DNA of 62,538 bases, the filler included, from Stramenopiles sp. TOSAG23-2 (Eukaryota), in NCBI GenBank assembly GCA_900128395.1. It is 8 parts of 8 records of this genome, joined end to end, with 100 filler letters (N's around TTAATTAATTAA, not from the genome) between each part and the next. Parts side by side here need not be neighbours in the genome. Positions count along the whole stretch, not along the records: positions 26,414 to 52,711 come from LT649438.1; positions 52,812 to 54,349 come from LT652714.1; positions 54,450 to 55,987 come from LT652715.1; positions 56,088 to 57,625 come from LT652716.1; positions 57,726 to 59,263 come from LT652717.1; positions 59,364 to 60,901 come from LT652718.1; positions 61,002 to 62,538 come from LT652719.1; 1 more part is not named here. One strand, 5' to 3'. This document shows, one piece after another, positions 52,260 to 62,538 of this stretch. Each line of letters starts with the position of its first letter. Positions within the stretch are counted from its first letter, which is position 1. Made by a program: the position numbers and the translations under genes. Below the pieces are notes generated by a model. The model saw only the letters and a list, made by a program, of their open reading frames with translations. It had not been told where the DNA came from and did no database searches.

Positions 52260-52711
52260 GATATTAATACCCGTTTGATCCATCTTCTTTATTGTTGTTG
52301 TATAAAATATAATCGTGATTTCATATTATCACTATAAGTTGATTATTATGTAGGTGCAATCTCCTTAATGTATTGTTTGTTTTTAATCCATCAATAATAC
52401 TTTGTATTCCACTATCATCAGTAATATTATTATTATGTAGGTACAATAACGTTAATGTACTGTTTGTTTTTAATCCTTCACCCATGTTTGCCGTTTGACC
52501 CATCTCATTGTCAACTTCTCCATCAGCATCTCTGCCACTTGTTGATACCCGTTTGATCCAACTCTTTTATAATGTTGTATAGCTTTTAATTGTGATTTCA
52601 TATTATCACTAAGTTGATTATTATGTAGGTACAATATCTTTAATGTATTGTTTGTTTTTAATACATCAATAATACTTTGTATTCCACTATCATCAGTAAT
52701 ATTATTATTAT
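52260..52711 (-). pseudogene. Degenerate, tandemly duplicated RI-like leucine-rich-repeat gene fragments
   Basis: GLKTNSTLTLLYLHNNNITDDSGIQSIIDGLKTNNTL; 52265-52440 resembles 52545-52711; indels break the frames. Confidence 0.6.
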
Positions 52712-54036
52712 NNNNNNNNNNNNNNNNNNNNNNNNNNNNNNNNNNNNNNNNNNNNTTAATTAATTAANNNNNNNNNNNNNNNNNNNNNNNNNNNNNNNNN
52801 NNNNNNNNNNNTGTTATTATTATTATTATTATTCCATCTTGGATCTGAACTATGTGATGCAAGTGAAGACATTTTTGTGTATATATATATATATATATAT
52901 ATTGGTATATATTATTATTATATTATGATATAAGGTTAGAATTAAATCTATTATTGAATGATATATTATATATATATATATATATGTATATAGTTCAGTT
53001 CTATGTTTATCATCTGTATAACTTAACTCATAATATTAAAAAAGTTTTTAGTGTGTTTATATATGTCTATATGTCTATAGAATAGTTGCAATGTGCCAAT
53101 CCTGGCAATCCTGGCAATCCTGGCATGATATGTTCTTCTTTGTTGATCGATTTTTTTTTGCCAATATTAATTTTTACACTTTACAATGCTAGTCGGTATT
53201 ACAGTGCTATGTTCCTGCTAGGGGAATAACCCTAACGATAACATCGATCGGCTGGAACGATTTGTTGTTTCACCCCTAACATATGCATCTAGTAAATCAG
53301 CAAAACAGTCTTCATTTGATTTTGATACCTTCCCAACCCTAACATCACTACCTTCTGGATATTTCCAACAACAACTGTAAGTTCTTATAAATTCATCTTT
53401 ATATAGTTTCTTTTTCATGTCCCCATGTTGTTTTTCACTACCATGTATTGATATTAAATGTTGTACAATTCTTTTTGTTAATTGTGGTTTCTGACACGAA
53501 GTACCTTGAGTTTTTGAATTTAGGAGTGAAAATTATGGCATATAATGTTGGTGCAGCAAAGACAACTGATATACTATATGCACCAAAATCTGCTTCACGT
53601 CGTAAAAAAGAGTTAAATGCCAATGGGAAGCCTCCAGTTCATCGTAGGAGTGGTAATGTCCATCATCACACGGACCATTTACTTCACCACCAGATGTATT
53701 AATAAATGATACTGCTGCTGAATTGAAAGATATGTACAACCATGAGATATCCCAGCAAATCTTCCAAACTGCCTGCACAGAACACTACAATACATGCCTG
53801 GCATGCCAGGCATGGAAGAACACAGTTTAGTAAAATGGAACATAAACAGGTAAATAGCACATAATGCTATTTATAACCTAATAGTAATATTCCTTTCTCT
53901 GTGGCCACATATTTCAACATAGAGATCCCATCTATATATAGTACATATATAATATATACACATATACACGTACAAACAAAACAACACATTTATCAAAAGT
54001 TATACATCTACAATCACATATACTATAAATCACAAT

Positions 54037-54349
54037 ATGTCTTCCTTCAGAGATACTTCAAAAAAAAAGAAAAAAAAGAAAGAAAAGAAGAAGAAAGATG
54101 GAAAAAAAAAGAAAAAATCAAGTCATAAAAATAAATCATTAATAGATGAAGATGACGATAATAATAGTAAAAGTAATAAACGAAAGAAAGAAATTGAAGA
54201 GGCTTTAAAAGAATTTACAAATTCAAATGAATTAGTAGATCCTGATGCATTCGATGCTGATTTTCAAGATGGTACCAATGCTTCAGCAAACACACCAAAT
54301 AGTAAATATGATAGTAGTAATATTGATAATTCAGAATTTGGACCTTCTG
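54037..54349 (+). CDS. 5' fragment of a Lys-rich nuclear or nucleolar protein
   Basis: ATG followed by poly-Lys and acidic tracts, running into the linker; weak resemblance to the AATF/Bfr2 N-terminus only. Confidence 0.5.
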
Positions 54350-54792
54350 NNNNNNNNNNNNNNNNNNNNNNNNNNNNNNNNNNNNNNNNNNNNTTAATTA
54401 ATTAANNNNNNNNNNNNNNNNNNNNNNNNNNNNNNNNNNNNNNNNNNNNTTTACTTGTTATTGTTTTTGAATGATGTTGGTTACGATTCTTTTTGAAGAG
54501 AATAAAATAGTAATGTTTGATTTGTCTTGTTGTTTCTTTTATGTTTATCTTGTTGCTGTATTGATGATACTATAACTACATGCAATATATACGGTATATA
54601 TAATAATCATATGTTGATTATATTTGAAAATCAATAAATTAAATGTATTTTAGTTATTATTATTATTATTGCTTTATATATTGTATGGTTGGTATTAATA
54701 TGAGCGTCGTACGAAGTAAAATACCAGAGGGGGTATAATTCATAAAAAATATAAATATACAAACGTAAAAATTTGTTTTAAAAAAAAATTTT

Positions 54793-55650
54793 TTAGAAAA
54801 GAGGCACAGTTGATTTTTGTTGTTTCAATATTGCTAGTTCCTTTTTCAGCTTCTCGTTTTCTTGAATAAGTTTATAATCTGTTATTTCACTCGCTTTTTC
54901 CTTTTCGTGTGCTGCCTCTTCCTTTACTTTCTTAAACTTTTCTAGTTCACGTGTATTCTTTTCCATAATATTGTTGTAGATCTCCCAAAAATTATTCCCA
55001 TAGTCAGTCAACAATTGTTTGCCTGATTTTATTTCTTTTATATTAGTTAAGCAAATGTGTAAAACCCCGTCTTGAATAAAATCAAGAAAACCCACATTTG
55101 CTTCCCGTTCTTGAGGTCCATCATAATTGTTTATGTCATTACGGTAGTCATTTATGTATGCACCATAACCTCTATAGTTTGACGCATCGCCAGTAATATC
55201 AGGCACACTAGAAGTAGGGTCATATGTGTACATGTATTTGTATTCATTTGAAAGTACATCCTTATCAACTTTAATGTTATATTCAACCTCTGTTACATAT
55301 TCACACACATATTCCAATTTCAATTCATGGATAGCAAGGTCCTTTTTTGCAAAAATACCAGTAATCGATCCATGTTCATAATTGTATGCTGGATCTTCAC
55401 AATCCAACTTTCCCAAACAGAAACTTTGACCATGCTTTGAAAAGGATTGTCTTTGCCATTTCTTCCACCCACCACTGATTACAAAATGATCTTTAAATTT
55501 TCTGGATATGTAATTTTGCTTCTTCTGATTTGCAACCACATTTTGTATAATTTTTTTTGCTTTTTTACTATAAACGTTTTCAGTTTTAATTGAATTACAA
55601 AGTTGTTCGATATGATTATCTTGTGTCCCTTGGAACACAACTTCTTTCAT
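54793..55650 (-). CDS. Divergent SET-domain protein
   Basis: GIFAKKDL...LEYVCEY; DASNYRGYGAYINDYR...ANVGF; IKEIKSGKQLLTDYGNNFW. Confidence 0.75.
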   Translation of the reverse strand: MKEVVFQGTQDNHIEQLCNSIKTENVYSKKAKKIIQNVVANQKKQNYISRKFKDHFVISGGWKKWQRQSFSKHGQSFCLGKLDCEDPAYNYEHGSITGIFAKKDLAIHELKLEYVCEYVTEVEYNIKVDKDVLSNEYKYMYTYDPTSSVPDITGDASNYRGYGAYINDYRNDINNYDGPQEREANVGFLDFIQDGVLHICLTNIKEIKSGKQLLTDYGNNFWEIYNNIMEKNTRELEKFKKVKEEAAHEKEKASEITDYKLIQENEKLKKELAILKQQKSTVPLF

Positions 55651-57212
55651 TTCGTTGTTACTCCTTCATTAAAGTGCGAAAAGGTATATTTCCATTTTCA
55701 TCGTATTTGTTTGACTTGCAACCAAATCGACGCATACGACGTTGCTAATCTTGATGACAAAGTAGGAAAGGAATTAACAAAGGCACGAAAGAAAAAAAAG
55801 ATAAGAAAAACAGATTTTTATGTAGACACTATTAACACACGTTCTACATTAGATGATAATCATGATAATGTTGAAAACAAAAAGAATGCAAAAAAAGTAT
55901 CTGAGACATCCAATGCAACGAAAGTTCAAAAAGCGAAGATCCAGCATACAATTATGAACATGGATCGATTACTGGTATTTTTGCAAANNNNNNNNNNNNN
56001 NNNNNNNNNNNNNNNNNNNNNNNNNNNNNNNTTAATTAATTAANNNNNNNNNNNNNNNNNNNNNNNNNNNNNNNNNNNNNNNNNNNNAATTCTACATTTT
56101 TGCACCTTTTTATGGATATTTTTATGTTGATAAATATGATATCCCCTTAACTTTATGGTAATTATTTAAGGTGGTTTACCAATTTACCTATTATAGGCGG
56201 AGGGATAAAAGTCTACCATATGTTGCAAATAGTACTACAAAAAACTAAAAATGAAGATTTTTTAAGAATTTTGCATCATTTTTGCACGGCTAAAAACAAT
56301 AAAAAAAGGAGGGCGTTGACATATAAAACATAAAACAAATAGATGTGTGCACATCGTGTCAGCGTCCGTGTTCGTTGTTAGTTTGTGGCATCAATTTTAC
56401 TTTTATATTTATGCGTAGGAAGAAGAAAATGCTGTCATTGTTTTTAAAACGGTTCTTTACGCTAGCCATCGTCTCCACTGCATTCTTGGGTATATTTGCT
56501 TATGGGCAGGGAAGAAGAGGTAAATGCAACCGCGGTTGGCTCTCAAAAAAACTTAGTTCTGGAGATGAAGTCATAATAGACTTCGAAAAAACGCTTCTCG
56601 GCAATTCACATAAATATGATCCTAGGAATGGATGTGGCGGCATACTGTTGGAAGACCATACGTTTCATATGGGAAATAGGTTTACGGTTGAGCTTGACTG
56701 TTTTCAGAAACTGTTGAAATTAGGAGCACACCGTGGGAGTACAAAAGATTGGAGTAGAAAGAGAAGGACGATCCGGAAAGTTAAAGAAGTACACCAAGCC
56801 GAAGAAAAGTTTGAAGATGATGATGTTTGTCGACCCGATTCTAACTCTAAGGGTACTATGAAACATTCTGCCGAGAACGAACGTGATAAGTACAAATACT
56901 GTTCACACAAGAAGTGTAAGGTAGGCACAAGAGTACAAGTTACTCGAACACCACAGAAGAGTCATATGATGAACTGGAAACTCTTTATCCATATATGGGC
57001 GGCTATTTTTATTTCCCATTGTTGTTGTTGTTCGTTGTATTGGTCTTCACAATGAGGTTATATATATAAAGTCACAAATAGAATAGTAATATATATGTCG
57101 ACATCCCATTTGATGTATATATATATATCTACGAAATATATCTTGATGTGTTCATTCGTTCATTCAATTCGGTCATAAATATATACTAAAAGCACTCTAT
57201 AAATGGACAAAA

Positions 57213-57448
57213 ATAGATTTCCAAAACTCCCCGTGTATTTGAGTATTAATTTTAGTATACTACTTTATGCATATTTGATAGTGAGGTATTTGGATATTAC
57301 AAAAAATCCAAAAATAGCCAAATATATAGTTTGATGAATAAAGTAAGAATATCCGATTGTTTTGGTAATATCCAATATCTCTCTATCAAATATATATAAA
57401 TTAGTATACTATATTAGTACTTAAATTAAACGTCGTTTTGAAATCCAC
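57213..57448. repeat. Imperfect foldback (inverted repeat), about 95-bp arms
   Basis: 57243-57308 matches the reverse complement of 57356-57420 at roughly 80%, with weaker similarity extending outward. Confidence 0.65.
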
Positions 57449-57725
57449 TAATAATAACTAGCTGAGCTATCCTTTAACGGGGGAATGGCACAGATCTGTG
57501 CCATTCAGGACCTTTTTCGAAAAAAAATTCGAATTTTACCGAAATTCCAAAAATGAAGTAATGAGAATATCACGAATGTGTTCTACACATAAAACTGATT
57601 TCAAAACATCCAACTTTTATAACAANNNNNNNNNNNNNNNNNNNNNNNNNNNNNNNNNNNNNNNNNNNNTTAATTAATTAANNNNNNNNNNNNNNNNNNN
57701 NNNNNNNNNNNNNNNNNNNNNNNNN

Positions 57726-59129
57726 CTATAATTTGTATTTGTTTAGGAGTGGATAGCATTTTTTCGCGGGTATGAGGTATTACAAAATAATACCCCGGAA
57801 CGTCGAGATAATCAAATAAAAATTGATATTTTGTTTGACACACTTTGTATGATTGTTCCATTGAGTATTATGTGGTTTGGATATAAAGTTCCGATTTCCA
57901 TCGGCGAGATGATTCAAGTTACATTATTTCCAGCACTGTGCCTTTTTACAAAGTTACGATCAATATTTCGTGAGATTGTTCGTTTACGAAGTTTTGACGC
58001 GGTAAAAAAGCAACAATCCCAGACAGCAGAAAGTGTTGGTCGAAAACGAAGAAGTATTTATGCTGTATTAGAAACAACCAAAGTGGCGAAAATGCAACAA
58101 AATTCCATGCCTAAAAAAGTACGAAAAGGGTTTGCGGTTTATAATATTTTATATGGAGTGTTTATGTTTATAGTAGCGATTGTGCAACTGATATTAAGGG
58201 TGACTGTCAATGAAACTTCATGCGATAAAACTTTATGGAACAGTTGTAAAGTCAGAACACCATTTTGCGGAAAGTTGTTTAATGCAACATGTAATTGCGC
58301 TGTGCTAAATGTACGAAAGCATAATTGGACAAGGTTTCCACCTGAAATATATAAGATGAATGCCTTAAAAGTGATGCAAATTAATCATGGTAACTTACAA
58401 GAAATTCCGCACAATATTGATACAGAATTTGAGAAAATCAGCGAATTGGATCTAAGTTACAATAAGTTAACAGAAGTTCCAGATGCTTTAGGAAACATGA
58501 AATATAACAAATTAAAATTAGAAAACAACAAATTAAATACATTACCGGATCGTGTCTGGGGTAATGAATTTACGTATTGGCTGGAATTAGATAACAATAA
58601 TATTTCAATTATTCCAAAATCCATCAGAACCTCAAAAACATTGACTGAGTTTTTGATAAGCAATAATAGTTTATACGAACTACCAAGTGAATTGTTCAAA
58701 TTAAAGTTGGTTATGTTCTATGTTGGAGGAAACAATCTAAAAGATATACCATTAGAAGTTGGGGACGCAACATCACTTCTGTATTTAAGATTTAACAACA
58801 ATAATAATATTACAATTATACCGGATGAAATACAAAATTTAAAAAAATTAGTAGATTTTGATATTAGAAACAATGCTATTGAAATTCTTCCTGACAGTAT
58901 CGAGTCTATGAGTATGCTGAAAAATTTGTATCTTTATGATAATCCGATATGCTTGAATGGGTGGATTGAAAAGGCGTCTAAAAAGATGCAAGATCTGGCC
59001 AATCAAAATGGCGCAGGATGTAAACCACAGTGTTCAATGTATTGCCAAGATGTTTTTAAAAAAGATAAGTATTGTGACAGCGATTGCAATTCGGCAATAT
59101 GTGATTATGATGGTGGTGATTGCGTGTAA
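57726..59129 (+). CDS. Multi-TM plus leucine-rich-repeat plus C-terminal LNR/Notch-like Cys domain protein, 5'-truncated
   Basis: TM helices, C..RTPFC...F..TCNCA cap, about 9 LxxLxLxxNxL repeats, CSMYC...CDSDCNSAICDYDGGDC; an indel near 57760. Confidence 0.85.
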
Positions 59130-59363
59130 TAAAAAAATATGAGTGGTATCTTGGTTAAATGGTACGAACGTGAAAGTTAATACTCTTATGATATTTAATG
59201 ATATATATGCAATATATGATGGTTAAAATCTAAGTTATAATATTTTTACACTTCTCGTGTTAANNNNNNNNNNNNNNNNNNNNNNNNNNNNNNNNNNNNN
59301 NNNNNNNTTAATTAATTAANNNNNNNNNNNNNNNNNNNNNNNNNNNNNNNNNNNNNNNNNNNN

Positions 59364-60646
59364 GTATGAAAGGAGATCAAGGTATACAAGGTATGAAAGG
59401 TAATGATGGACAAAAAGGTGAACGTGGTGAACGTGGTACACCAGGTATGCAAGGTATACAAGGTATGAAAGGTATGAAAGGTAATGATGGACCAAAAGGT
59501 GAACGTGGTATGAAAGGAGATCAAGGTATACAAGGTATGAAAGGTAATGATGGACAAAAAGGAAAGCGTGGTGAAAGTGGAGAAATCGGTATACAAGGTA
59601 TCCAAGGTCCGCAAGGTCCAAAAGGTAATGACGGAGAACAAGGAGCCCAGGGTGTACAAGGTCCAGCAGGTAATGATGGTCGCAATGGTGCACGAGGTAT
59701 GAAAGGTGACAAAGGTGACCATGGTGAATTTATTGTTGGTGCTAAAGGTGAACGTGGTGAGGCTGGTCCTCGCGGTATGCAAGGTGTAGAAGGTCCAGCT
59801 GGGAAAAGTGGTAATGCTGGACCACGTGGATTACAAGGACCACAAGGTATTCGTGGTAATGATGGTATGGGATTAACATTTAGAGATTTTAAACTCCAGT
59901 CATCATATTCACGTGGCAACTATGTATTTGCAAAATCTACCAAAGATAGTACACAAGATTCTATGTATATTGCTCAAAAAAATATTCCATCTGCTGATAA
60001 ATTGCCATCTCAAGATTTAACAAGTGGTAATTGGATTGAATTTAAAGCACCGACTGGTGCAACTGGTATCAATGGTAAAGATGGTGCAACTGGTGCGACT
60101 GGTATCAATGGTAAAGATGGTGCAACAGGTGCAACAGGTGATAGAGGTCTTCAAGGTAATGAAGGACAAAAAGGTGAACGTGGAGAACGTGGAAATGATG
60201 GAACCGGCTTGATTTATAAAAATTTCAAATTGGGACAAATATATCATCGTGGAGATTATGTAATCCAACCATCGACAAAAAAAGCAAGTGAATCAACCAT
60301 ATTTGTTGCGCAAACAACATTTAATGCAACTATCCTGCCTCGTTTGAACGTAGGCAACAATACATGGATGGAATTTGCAGCTCCACGTGGTGAAATGGGC
60401 CCTGCAGGTCCAAAAGGTAATAAGGGTACGACAGGTCCATCCGGCGTTGCTGGAAAAACTGGTACACGTGGTATCCAAGGTCTTCAGGGTATTCAAGGTA
60501 TTCAAGGTATCAAAGGTCCAACTGGTCTACCTGGTGTAACTGGTCCTGCGTCAACAGTCCCTGGCCCGCGCGGTATAACAGGTTTAAGAGGTGCAAAAGG
60601 TGATAAAGGTTTGCGCGGATTCCAGGGTATACATGCAAATAAATGA
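59364..60646 (+). CDS. Collagen-like (Gly-X-Y) protein with two interspersed globular modules; 5'-truncated, 3' end probably not the true end
   Basis: Long Gly-X-Y tracts; two homologous ~60-aa inserts GL.(F/Y)..FKL...Y.RG.YV...ST......(Y/F).AQ......P......W.EF.AP. Confidence 0.85.
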
Positions 60647-61901
60647 AAGTAAATAAAAATAAATATAATTTTATTATATATGCATAAAAAATAAAATTTT
60701 AATATTTTAAAATATTAAAATATACATATAAAATGTTCTCTTACTCATATATATATTAGTTATATCTTTCATTTAATTATAATAATTTCTGGTAATATTA
60801 TATAAAAAATTCTCTTATTATATACGTACATATATATATATATATATATACAGTATGAGTAAATAAAATCTTTAACTTATAAATAAGAGAATTTTTTATA
60901 TNNNNNNNNNNNNNNNNNNNNNNNNNNNNNNNNNNNNNNNNNNNNTTAATTAATTAANNNNNNNNNNNNNNNNNNNNNNNNNNNNNNNNNNNNNNNNNNN
61001 NAATTAATGCACTTGTTGCTTCATCTGCATCTGCCATGATATATATATATATATATGATTTGTATGTGTGTGTGTATATATATATATAGTTGTATGTATT
61101 TGTATAATATATTGATCAGTGATATAAATACCTACCTACCTATCTATCTGTTTATCTAAATATATCTATCTATATCTATATACAGTACAATCACACAGTT
61201 ATTATATAATCGTATTGTATATTAGTCGTCTATAGATTCAAAATATAAAAAATAATAATATTATACCAGATTAAGATCATATGATGTGCATATCTTTCAA
61301 TTATTATTATTCTCATCAATCCATTTTTTCCGCGCCACCACCATCCAAGCCGGGCAAGCCAGGCAATAATAAATTTTTGTTCAATATTAATAAAATACCG
61401 ATGGTGTGTTCTGCTATTTGATACTGTATTCCCGCTAATTTCATTAAAGAGTTTATTTTTGGCAACAAACATTTCGATTTACCTATCAAATGGTGCAAAT
61501 GACACATAATTTATACTTGGATGGGAAATTAGAATGCGCAAAAATGTTGGCTCTCTCGGATTTTGTTGCTGGCCTTTTGGCTGGCCTTTTGGATACCAGG
61601 GATACATGGTTTGGATTATTACTATCCAAAAATAATATTAATCATCACAATTTCCCCCTATAGTGTGTTGTGTTAATATTTTATTAATACTAATATTATT
61701 TAACAACTACTAAAAACAACAATTTTTAATTAATGAAGGACATCGAATCAATAAAATATCTGTATAAGGAAATAGACAAAGGGAGCAATACTGAAAGAAT
61801 AGATATATAGATGTTATTTCAGTTATAGGAACAAGAAATAACAAGAAGAATAATATTACTAGAAATATAAAATAAAAGAACGAAAGCATCTGTAAATAAC
61901 G

Positions 61902-62538
61902 ATGGCGTCATTTGCTGGTGGTAGTGGTGGAGATGGTGATAAAGATGGCCATAAAAATGTTTATAAAAAAGGTGTTGACTTGGACGAAGGACGTCGTAGA
62001 CGTCAAGAAACCACTGTAAATATACGAAAACAAAAGAAAGCAGAAAGAATGAAACAACGGAGAAGAATGGTAAGGGGTGCTGGAAATAACAGCAATGCGA
62101 ATAATGCCATGACCAATGGTGGTAACACTGCATTCAATACGACACCCGCTATGACGGATCAAAGCGTCGCGGTGAAACTGCAAAACTTACCGCAAATGGT
62201 ACAAGGTGTTATGTCAGGTGACCCAAGAGTTAAATTGGAATCGACGACAGCTTTTCGTAAATTATTATCGATTGAACGAAACCCACCAATCGAGGAGGTT
62301 ATAAAGTCAGGTGTCGTACCACATTTTGTAGAATTTTTGCAAGATGCTCAAAACCCAGCTTTACAGTTTGAAGCAGCATGGGCTTTAACAAATATTGCCA
62401 GTGGTACTAGTGACCATACACGCGTGGTTATCGAACATGGTGCAGTGCCAAAATTTGTTGATTTATTATTGTCAAACAACGATGACGTTAGGGAACAAGC
62501 TGTTTGGGCACTTGGTAACATTGCTGGTGACTCGAAAT
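61902..62538 (+). CDS. Importin subunit alpha, 3'-truncated (absent from the ORF track)
   Basis: IBB domain [29 protein letters not shown] repeats [49 protein letters not shown]. Confidence 0.95.
   Translation, partial: MASFAGGSGGDGDKDGHKNVYKKGVDLDEGRRRRQETTVNIRKQKKAERMKQRRRMVRGAGNNSNANNAMTNGGNTAFNTTPAMTDQSVAVKLQNLPQMVQGVMSGDPRVKLESTTAFRKLLSIERNPPIEEVIKSGVVPHFVEFLQDAQNPALQFEAAWALTNIASGTSDHTRVVIEHGAVPKFVDLLLSNNDDVREQAVWALGNIAGDSK

Noticed and set aside
52812-52872. Minus-strand gene start MSSLASHSSDPRWNNN
   Set aside because: About 20 codons before the linker; no identifiable product.
56345-57055. 236-aa ORF with hydrophobic ends
   Set aside because: No recognisable domain and an uncertain start; possibly a decayed gene, not supportable as a call.
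26314-61001. Regularly spaced TTAATTAATTAA motif with a 1638-bp period
   Set aside because: Artificial linker between contigs of equal length; not biological, and no synteny can be inferred across it.
61002-61037. Minus-strand start MADADEATSALI, resembling an actin or Arp N-terminus
   Set aside because: Only 12 codons before the linker; cannot be assigned.

Overview
AT-rich, gene-dense, intron-poor genomic DNA of a unicellular eukaryote using the standard code. Gene content (WASH1, a CSPP1/CCDC66-like ciliary protein, Sfi1-like repeats, TM-LRR-LNR and beta-helix/IPT membrane proteins, sedolisin, importin-alpha, WDR18) suggests a flagellated phagotrophic protist, possibly a marine stramenopile SAG/MAG; this taxon is inference only. 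The window is not one locus. It is eight contigs joined by artificial 100-nt N44-TTAATTAATTAA-N44 linkers: two of about 26.3 kb, five of 1538 bp and a last one of 1537 bp. Several assembly scars are visible (exact 90-101 bp tandem duplications, an inverted gene duplication, homopolymer frameshifts). The standout observation is a structurally intact tRNA-Glu(UUC) gene (minus strand, 11431-11577) interrupted in its T-loop, between positions 58 and 59, by a 74-nt insert with spliceosomal (U2-type) intron signals: GTATGT donor, CTAAC branch site, TAG acceptor. It has the same architecture as the one mRNA intron identified in the window. An adjacent degenerate copy of the tRNA lacks exactly that insert. 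Other notable items are a TRPV-like channel head-to-head with an EF-hand protein, an Hsp110-like NBD-TPR fusion, a bacterial-type secreted beta-helix protein, a MITE-like element, a dispersed AT-rich palindromic repeat and a GIY-YIG (T5orf172-like) remnant.
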